64,000 nt of DNA from a virus, in IMG/VR virus record IMGVR_UViG_3300042389_001478, positions 32,001 through 96,000 of that record; one strand, 5' to 3'. The notes below the pieces were generated by a model, which saw only the letters and a list, made by a program, of their open reading frames with translations, was not told the DNA's origin and did no database searches. Positions 27,525 through 35,500 of this stretch are shown here, piece after piece (position 1 is the stretch's first letter; the number at the start of each line of letters is the position of its first letter). Both the position numbers and the translations under genes were made by a program.

Positions 27525-28942
27525 GTTGCAAAAATAACTACAGGATAAATGGAGCAACTAATTGGAGAAATATTGGAGGATCTGGCGGAATAGGAGGCTT
27601 GTCTCCATTAAACACCAATATATATATAGATAATACCAACGGAGAAAGTTTAGAGATATCAGCATCTGGTTTTATAGATCTTTATGGAGATGGATCAAAG
27701 GGAACAACCGGCCCAAACGGATATTTGTCAACAATATCTCCGGTAGACCCCGAGACTGGATTTAACGGCGGGGCCCTATTAGGCAAAATAGGAATAGACG
27801 GACCTCCGTTTTTAATAGGAAGTAATTATAATAATATTCCAAGCTCATCTGGTTTCCTATATTTAGGAATTTCAGATCTTAATTCGTCTTTGGGTTATTC
27901 GGATAATACTGGATGTTTTGACATTACTATACAATATAAAAATTGTGGAAACGATCTGAGTAATTGTGAAAATTGCTGTCCTGAATCTACAAATTATACT
28001 AAGTTTAATAATGTAGAAAGCATAGGAGACAATTATTTAGTAACAACACTTGAAGAAAATATTAAAAGCTTCCTTGATTGGGGTTTTCTTAATATTGGTG
28101 GATTTGTTAATATAAAGACACCGACAAGCGGCTTATATGGAGGGAATTTTAGTGATTTAAAAGTTTCCGACCAACCAGGATATTTAAATGGCCAAGTATG
28201 GCAAAGTCCCAAGAAAGAATGGATATGGGAAAACGGAGTATCCTATGAAGGATCCTCTCCAATTAATATCTCGGGAGTTAGAGTATCCAACGTATTCTAT
28301 CCTACCCCAACAGGAAGCGGATCAGTAGGATACTATATTAATTATCCAATGGGCAATGTTGTTTTTAACAAACCCATCCCAGCCTCCGCTTCTGTCAAAT
28401 TAGAATATTCATATAGATGGTGTCAGGTATATAAAAGTAGTACCGACCCATATTTGTCCGAATTACAAGGAATGACGTATGAGCCAGCCCCCGCTATTAA
28501 TCAAAAGGACAAGGGAGACTATAGCCTATCTTCTAACCATAGAGTACAAATGCCCTGTATTATTATTGAGCCTATTGCTAGAAGTTTCTCTCATCCTTGG
28601 CAATTAGGAGCATATGATTTTTTAATAGACCAAGATATTTTATTGCATGTTTTTACAGAAAACGCAATTGACAAAAATACTATTTCGGATATTATTAGAC
28701 TACAGAAACAAAAAACAATTTGGTTATATGATGTTAAAAAAGCGGTCAAAAATGGAGTTAATCCATTAGATTATCGTGGGTCACTTAATAATAATGGTAA
28801 AAACTACCACGATTTAGTAACTAATATTGATTATAGATGGAAAAAATGCCACTTTAAAGAGGTTATTTTCTCTGAGATGGAAAGCAAAAATAAAAATTTA
28901 TATTGGTGTACAATAAGGTTGACTACCGAAGTTATCATTTAA
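27521..28942 (+). CDS. Probable tail terminator/completion protein with N-terminal lectin-like domain
   Basis: Lies directly upstream of the tail tube gene. The N-terminal ~140 aa resemble the PA-IL/LecA-like fold (W..T..YI...E.L.ISASG...GP.G...GALLGKIG..GPPFLIG...SG.LYLGI.D...YSDNTG.F.ITI). Confidence 0.55.
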   Translation: MSCKNNYRINGATNWRNIGGSGGIGGLSPLNTNIYIDNTNGESLEISASGFIDLYGDGSKGTTGPNGYLSTISPVDPETGFNGGALLGKIGIDGPPFLIGSNYNNIPSSSGFLYLGISDLNSSLGYSDNTGCFDITIQYKNCGNDLSNCENCCPESTNYTKFNNVESIGDNYLVTTLEENIKSFLDWGFLNIGGFVNIKTPTSGLYGGNFSDLKVSDQPGYLNGQVWQSPKKEWIWENGVSYEGSSPINISGVRVSNVFYPTPTGSGSVGYYINYPMGNVVFNKPIPASASVKLEYSYRWCQVYKSSTDPYLSELQGMTYEPAPAINQKDKGDYSLSSNHRVQMPCIIIEPIARSFSHPWQLGAYDFLIDQDILLHVFTENAIDKNTISDIIRLQKQKTIWLYDVKKAVKNGVNPLDYRGSLNNNGKNYHDLVTNIDYRWKKCHFKEVIFSEMESKNKNLYWCTIRLTTEVII

Positions 28943-28973
28943 TTCTTCTTAAAAAAATAGTGGAGACTAAACC

Positions 28974-30056
28974 ATGGCCAACAATCGTATTTTTTATGCA
29001 TGTCAAGCTGTTCAACTTAATGGTCCATCGGGCACGAAAGCTGGCGAGGGTACCACAGCTGCTACCAATGCTGATTGGGATACAGTACAGGGTTTGCAAA
29101 GCGTTGGTATGAACACCAACTTTAACCTTGAGCCAATTTATCAGCTTGGTCAAATTGAACTATATGATAACTACGAAGAAATTCCAGAAGTGGAAATTAC
29201 CTTAAATAAGGCTCTTGATGGTTTCCCCACTCTTTATCAAATGACAATGGGCACCGGTGACCTAGCTAGTTTGGCTAATAATCGTTGTGGTGTAAGACTA
29301 CTACTATATCCTGATACCAATACAGCTGCTACCGGAGTACCTACAGCTGAGGTTGGATGTACTCCTGCTTACTTGTCTTCGGTCAGCTATACATTTCCAA
29401 CAGAAGGTAATTTCACAGAAGAAGTTACTCTTGTTAGTAATGATAAAGTTTGGACAACTGGAACCAATACTGCAATCAGCGCTAGACCAGTAGTTGATGC
29501 TCCAAGTGGCGTTGGTATTCTTCGTCGTGGCCTCTGGAACAAGTCTCTTACTGTTCTTCCAACCGGAGGCTCCAATGTGAGCATGGAAAAACGATCAATT
29601 AGTGGCGGTATTCCAGACGGAGCCAAGATCAGTAGTGTTAAGGTCAGCATGAACCTTGGTCGTGAACAAATTCGTGAACTTGGTAGCAGAACTCCTTACT
29701 ATCGTTATGTCAAGTTCCCTGTTGAGGTTTCAACAGAAATTGAAGTAACAGCCAATAATGGAGATCTTGTTGGAGCAGCCGGATCGAGCGACACAGCATG
29801 CAACAATCCCAAAGCTCTAACAAATAAAGAGATCAAGATTGCTCTTTGCGACGGTACCGTGATCGACCTAGGCAAGAAGAACAAGCTCACAACAGTAAAC
29901 TATACTGGTGGTGATACTGGTGGTGGTAATGCTACGATCACCTATAGCTATAGAACATATAGCGAGTTCACATATACTGCCCCAACCAGCGGTGTTGGTC
30001 AAACAGGTAGTGATGTGATTGAAGGCAATCTACCAGTTCCTGGTACCGACTTCTAA
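28974..30056 (+). CDS. Major tail (tube) protein
   Basis: MANNRIFYACQAV...VQGLQSVGMNTNFNLEPIYQLGQIELY.N.E..PEVEITL...LGRE.I.ELG...PY.RYVKFPVEV. GGAG RBS, low-bias structural composition, and position before chaperones and TMP. Confidence 0.8.
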   Translation: MANNRIFYACQAVQLNGPSGTKAGEGTTAATNADWDTVQGLQSVGMNTNFNLEPIYQLGQIELYDNYEEIPEVEITLNKALDGFPTLYQMTMGTGDLASLANNRCGVRLLLYPDTNTAATGVPTAEVGCTPAYLSSVSYTFPTEGNFTEEVTLVSNDKVWTTGTNTAISARPVVDAPSGVGILRRGLWNKSLTVLPTGGSNVSMEKRSISGGIPDGAKISSVKVSMNLGREQIRELGSRTPYYRYVKFPVEVSTEIEVTANNGDLVGAAGSSDTACNNPKALTNKEIKIALCDGTVIDLGKKNKLTTVNYTGGDTGGGNATITYSYRTYSEFTYTAPTSGVGQTGSDVIEGNLPVPGTDF

Positions 30057-30101
30057 TAGTAGACTGATAATTAACAAAAGATACAAGGCTCGGGGAAAGA
30101 A

Positions 30102-30254
30102 ATGGAAGAAATATTTTCAACAATCGGTAAATTATATCTAGACTTATTACAAAGTCAAAAAATTATAGAAGGCCTGCAAAAAAAGGTAGACAATCTTGAA
30201 AAAGACCTATCTAATCTGCAGGCTTCTATTATTTCACGAGAAAATCAAGTGTGA
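30102..30254 (+). CDS. 50-aa coiled-coil protein absent from the ORF track
   Basis: ATG at 30102 after GGGGAAAGA. Translation: MEEIFSTIGKLYLDLLQSQKIIEGLQKKVDNLEKDLSNLQASIISRENQV. Its stop overlaps the next start (GTGA). It fills the gap between the tube gene and 30251. Confidence 0.75.
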   Translation: MEEIFSTIGKLYLDLLQSQKIIEGLQKKVDNLEKDLSNLQASIISRENQV

Positions 30255-31282
30255 ATGATTCAAGGAAAAATGAAGCATTAGTTCATAGAATATTATCAGG
30301 AAAACAAATCTTTGTTCATCAGGATAATACGTATGAACTTAGAAAGCCGTCCTTATCTTTAAAAATGAGGGGCGACTTATTATATGAGACAACTTATCAG
30401 GATCATATTTATGATAATTTTTGGTTCTTAGAGGATATTGATATTTTATTATTTGATTTACAGCTTTTGTCTCCTAACTATAAAGAATCGCTATCTAAGC
30501 TAGAAAAAAACTTAGAAAAAACTAAGATTAATCTTTTTCAACAGTATTTTGATACCACAAAAAGAAAAAAGATAAAACAGAGAATCCAAGACTTAAAAGA
30601 TAATATTGATAGTATTTATAGCCAACAACACTCTCTAGATTTTTTAACACTAGAGCATTATTGTGATAATATTAAAAATGAGCTTATTATAAGTCGTACT
30701 CTTTATTTTTACGATTCTGAAGAATTAGTATTTGAACAAAATATAGACTCTAATCTTTTTAATCAGATCGTAACACAAATATCAAAGAATATGATTAGTT
30801 TACCATCATATAAAAAAGTTGCTCGTAGTGATTATTGGAGAAACTATTGGAATAATAATAAAACTAATATTTTAGACGAACCAGTTAAAGAATGGTCAGA
30901 AGAACAAAAAAGTTTGATAAATATTTCTTATATGTATGATAAGATATATGAGCATCCGGGATGTCCAAAAGATGATATTATTGATGACGATGACGCATTA
31001 GACGGATGGATGTTATTCCAAAAACAAGAAAATGAAAGACAAAAGAAAGAAAAGGGTGTAGAAAGTATATTGAGTGGGAATATGAAAAATGCAAATGAAG
31101 TATTCTTGATGGCTGGAAACAAGGAACAGGCACAGAATGTTTTGGACCTTAATTCAGAAGGATCACTAGCTACTTTACAGCAAAAACTTGGTTTTATAAA
31201 TTCTAGTTCTACGCCAGTTAGAGATGCTCAGTTACCCGACGTTAAACAAAGATTAATGCAGCAATTACAGGAAAGAGGATAA
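30251..31282 (+). CDS. Conserved tail-region protein (possible tail assembly chaperone)
   Basis: 343-aa GTG-start ORF with motifs ARS.YWRNYW and IYEHPGCPKDDIIDDDDALDGW. Lies between the tube gene and TMP. Confidence 0.5.
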   Translation: MNDSRKNEALVHRILSGKQIFVHQDNTYELRKPSLSLKMRGDLLYETTYQDHIYDNFWFLEDIDILLFDLQLLSPNYKESLSKLEKNLEKTKINLFQQYFDTTKRKKIKQRIQDLKDNIDSIYSQQHSLDFLTLEHYCDNIKNELIISRTLYFYDSEELVFEQNIDSNLFNQIVTQISKNMISLPSYKKVARSDYWRNYWNNNKTNILDEPVKEWSEEQKSLINISYMYDKIYEHPGCPKDDIIDDDDALDGWMLFQKQENERQKKEKGVESILSGNMKNANEVFLMAGNKEQAQNVLDLNSEGSLATLQQKLGFINSSSTPVRDAQLPDVKQRLMQQLQERG

Positions 31283-31284
31283 AT

Positions 31285-31605
31285 ATGGATAATGATATGT
31301 ATAATCCAGACAGACTACAATTTTATATGAAAAGAAGAATTCAAACCACAATGATTGGCGCCTTGGCTCGCATGGAGCGTCATTTTGGATTTCTGTGGGG
31401 ACAGAACAAAGAGGGCGAATTGACTCCAGAAGAAGAAAACTTTGCTGATATCTGGGATTTTACCAGAAATGAAATTCTAAACCATGGAAATAAACAAATG
31501 AGAGAAGTGGCTGATGACTTTTATGAATATGGTGGTTTATTTAAAAACAAATACCATTACAACTTTAGAGTAGTTCAAGATAATCAAAAAAGGAAGGATA
31601 ATTAA
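31285..31605 (+). CDS. Hypothetical tail-region protein
   Basis: 106-aa ORF with RBS GAGG. Motif IQTTMIGALA..E..FGFLW. Confidence 0.55.
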   Translation: MDNDMYNPDRLQFYMKRRIQTTMIGALARMERHFGFLWGQNKEGELTPEEENFADIWDFTRNEILNHGNKQMREVADDFYEYGGLFKNKYHYNFRVVQDNQKRKDN

Positions 31606-31606
31606 T

Positions 31607-32491
31607 ATGAAGACCGAAAATTTTAGTACAGTAGTAGGTGGGACAGAAAAGCATTTTGTGGTTAGATCTCCGTCATTAAATGACCAGAGAGAGGCCCAGA
31701 AGGCTTATAATCAAGCTTTTACGGACGCTATTAAAAGCAAGAGTATCGTAAGAGCCAAGATGGACGATCTTTTAGAAGAGCAAGGACTGTGGGACAGAGA
31801 GAAACAGGCCAAGTTCACCAACCTGCAACAAGAACTTCTTGATGGCGAAAAGAGATTAGCCAAGGGTGGTTTCGGTATTTCAGAGGCCAGAAATTTGGCC
31901 CTTAAGATGAAAGAAGTTCGTTCTGAGATACGAGAACTAATTAGTGTCAGAACATCTCTTGATAATCATAGTGCTGAAGGTCAAGCTGATAATGCTAGAT
32001 TTAATTATTTAGTATCTGCTTGTGTGGTGTATAGAGATAGCAATGAGCCTTATTTTAAGAATTTGGAAGAGTATCTAAATAGAGCAGACGACCCCGTTGC
32101 TCTACTAGGTGCTCAAAAATTGGCCAGTATGATTTATGGATTGGATAACAATTTTGAGAAGACACTTCCAGAAAACAAATTTTTACAGAAGTATAAGTTT
32201 GTTGACGAGAAACTTCGCCTAATTGATAAGAAGGGTCGTTTGGTTGATGCTGATGGCAGGCTAATAGATGATAATGGTAGATTCATTGACGAACAAGGCA
32301 ACTTTGTTGATAAGTACGGTGCCAGAGTGGATAAGGAGGGCGATTATGTTGTTGAAACAGAGCCATTCCTTGATGATGATGGAAAACCTGTAGTTTTAGA
32401 AGAGACTAAACTAGAAGAAACTAAACCAAATGATGCTACTACTACCCCCACTACAGAAGCAGCAGCACCAGAAGTCACTCCAGCTAGTTGA
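31607..32491 (+). CDS. Probable tail assembly chaperone with 7-aa repeats
   Basis: Last gene before the TMP. Helical body (RSPSLNDQREAQKAY...ARFNYLVSACVVY), then (I/V)DxxGxx repeats and an acidic C-terminal tail. Confidence 0.55.
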   Translation: MKTENFSTVVGGTEKHFVVRSPSLNDQREAQKAYNQAFTDAIKSKSIVRAKMDDLLEEQGLWDREKQAKFTNLQQELLDGEKRLAKGGFGISEARNLALKMKEVRSEIRELISVRTSLDNHSAEGQADNARFNYLVSACVVYRDSNEPYFKNLEEYLNRADDPVALLGAQKLASMIYGLDNNFEKTLPENKFLQKYKFVDEKLRLIDKKGRLVDADGRLIDDNGRFIDEQGNFVDKYGARVDKEGDYVVETEPFLDDDGKPVVLEETKLEETKPNDATTTPTTEAAAPEVTPAS

Positions 32492-32523
32492 TAATTACTC
32501 TTTGTTAAAGTATTTACACTTGA

Positions 32524-32562
32524 GCACCATGTTGCTATTACGCAGCATGGTGTTCTTTTTTT
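32524..32562 (+). terminator. Intrinsic (rho-independent) terminator immediately upstream of the TMP gene
   Basis: GCACCATGTTGC-TATTAC-GCAGCATGGTGT stem-loop (12 bp including G-U pairs), followed by TCTTTTTTT. Confidence 0.75.
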
Positions 32563-32579
32563 GAGAACGAGGATAGAAT

Positions 32580-35500
32580 ATGGCAAAAGGATTTAATTTA
32601 ACAGCGGAAATTAATTTACGAGGACCATCTAATATTAGATCGGTTGTTGCCGATATTAAAAGACAGGTAGGGTCTGTTAGTGTTGATGTCAGTCCAACGC
32701 TCAATAGGGCTTCTGTTAGAACTATTGCTAATGATATTAGGCGTCAGATAGGAAATTTATCAGCAGAAATTAATGTAAGAGCTAATGCTGGCTCAATTAG
32801 AAACTTATCAAGAGATATTCGACAGAGACTGGGAACATTAACTGCTGATGTTCAAGTCAGAGCAGATGCCTCGTCAATTAGAAGATCTGTTGCTAATATA
32901 AGATCTCAATTTAGGAATATTAGCACCAATGTCGCAGTATCTGCATCGCCATCATCTATTAGACAAGCATCGTCAGCAATTAGGAGACAGCTTGGAAATA
33001 TTAATGCAAATGTCAGGGTTAATGTTTCCGCAGGATCAGTAAGACAAGCAGCAGCCAATATTCGTAGACAACTAGGCTCTATTAACACCACAGTTAACGT
33101 TGGAATCAATGCAGCGTCATTACGAGGCATTGGGGCATATACAGCAAATCTTACAAGATTAAATGCAACTTTAGCTCAAACTACAATTACTGCTACTAAT
33201 GCTGCCGGAGCAATTGCAACTTTAACCGCGGCTATGGGCGCTGCTGGACGAGTAAATCTTGGTCAAATCAATGTTAATCTTGGTAATGCTGGTAATGCTG
33301 CTAGAAATACTGCTAATAATATTCAGTTAGCTGGTAATGAAATTGAAAACTTCGGTCGTCAAGCGGGCTTGGCTATAAGGCGTTTTGCTGCTTTTAGTGT
33401 TGTTACGGGTGTGGTCTTTGGTATTACTAATGCTTTTAAGAATGGCGTTAGTGCTTTTATTGAATATGATCAGCAGCTTACCAGAATTAGCCAAGTTACC
33501 GGAGATGCCAAAGAAAGTCTTGGTAAAATTAATAGTACAATTAGTGAGCTCTCAACAAGCTTAGGTGTTTCATCTAAAGAATTAGCAGCAACATCAGTAA
33601 CGTTAGCTCAGGCAGGTTTAACAGCACGAGACACCGAGACTGCATTAAAGGCATTGGCCTTAAGTGCATTGGCTCCGTCTTTCGATGACATGAATCAGAC
33701 GGTAGAAGGCTCTATCGCATTAATGAGACAGTTCGGCATTTCCAGCAAAGAACTAGAAGGATCATTAGGATCAATCAACGCTGTTGCTGCAAAGTTCGCT
33801 GTCGAAGCTAGCGATATTATTACTGCCATTCAACGTACCGGTGGTGTGTTTGCTGCTGCTGGTAAAGGAGTTAGTGAAGGCACTAATGCTTTAAATGAGT
33901 TCATTGCTGTATTCACTAGTATTAGAGCAACAACTCGTGAAAGCGCAGAAACCATTGCTACTGGCTTAAGAACAATTTTTACAAGAATTCAGAGAGCCGA
34001 TACTATCGAGGCCCTCAAAGAGTTCGGCGTTACATTAACAGACTTAGAGGGTAAGTTCGTTGGACCATATATTGCTGTTCAAAGATTAAGTGAAGGATTA
34101 TCAAAACTGGATCCTAGAGATTTGAGCTTCTCTAGAATTGTGGAAGAGCTTGGTGGATTCCGACAGATTGGCAAGGTTCTACCACTTATTCAACAGTTCG
34201 CCACCGCACAAGACGCTTTGAGGGTTGCCCAGCAAGGACAAGGATCATTATCGGCCGACGCAGCCAAAGGACAAATGGCATTAGCAATTCAAATAGCAAA
34301 AGTTAGAGAAGAATTTTTAGCATTAATTAGAAGTGTTGGAAATACTGATAGTTTTCAAAATATGGTTAAGGTTGGACTAGACTTGGCCAGTGCCTTAATA
34401 AAGGTAGCAGATGCTGCTAAAGGATTAATTCCATTAGTTGGATTATTTGCGGCGTTCAGGGGAGCTCAAGCTATTACTCAATTTGCTGGTGGTTTTGGAA
34501 GAGGTTTTAGAGGAGCACCAACACAAAGAGCCTCAGAAGGTGGCCCTATTAGACACTTTGCTTCTGGAGGCTATGTTCCTGGTTTTGGTAACGGAGACAC
34601 TGTTTCTGCAAAATTAACTCCTGGCGAGTTTGTTATGAGCAAACCAGCTGTACGGTCTATTGGAGTTGGTAATCTTAGTAGAATGAATAAAGGCGATAGA
34701 GCTAGCAAATTTGATAAGGGTGGTCCAGTAACAGTATCCGCCTTATTAACTAGATCTGGAGGACCGTCAATCAGAAATGCTATTAATACTACTAATTTAG
34801 AACCAGATGATACAGTATCGATAAATATTGTTCCTAAACAAGTACCACTAAACCAGACCGACTTTTTAAATATATGGTTACGAGGTAATTCTTCTGCTAA
34901 AAAAGGAACAGGAAAATTCAAAAATTATGCTGGAATTAATGTTAGTCAAGAGAATAGAGATAGATTAAAAAATTTAGCAGGAAAAAATACAAAACAGCAA
35001 CAAGAAATTAAACGTGGTTATGGGGCCGGTATTTCTGAACAAGTGAGTATGCTACAAAGCGCGGAAGGAAGATGGGGGTTAGCATATGAAGAATTTTTGA
35101 TTAATAAACTTCGAGCTAATTGGACCAAAGCTAGTTCTAAAAACAACTACCCAGTTGATCTTGTTCAAAAACTAACAAATAATTCTATAAAGCGTATTGG
35201 AGAGGTTAAATTTCGCACGACACCTACTGAAGATATAGATCTTATTAGTAAGTTATTAAGATATCGAATAGAAAGAGGATCTATTAACAGATACTTTAGA
35301 GAAAATGAAGAAATTCCCAAAGACTTGGATAAAAATATAGGTTCGTTAGATTATTTTTGGGCTGGAAACTATAAAAAACAATTCTATAAGTTTATAGAAG
35401 AGAGACAAAAAATACAGGCTCCTGGTTTTGTTCGTGCGGCAGCTGGTGGACAAATACAAAGATTCCCTAGGGGCGGAAATGTTCAAAAACTAGCTAATGT

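Noticed and set aside
30177-30200. A-AAA-AAG slippery heptamer in phase in the 50-aa ORF after the tail tube gene (possible G/GT-type -1 frameshift)
   Set aside because: The -1 frame hits TGA four codons later (ggt aga caa tct tga) and another TAA before 30251, so it cannot fuse to the downstream gene. The GGGAAAG at 30093 lies upstream of the start codon.
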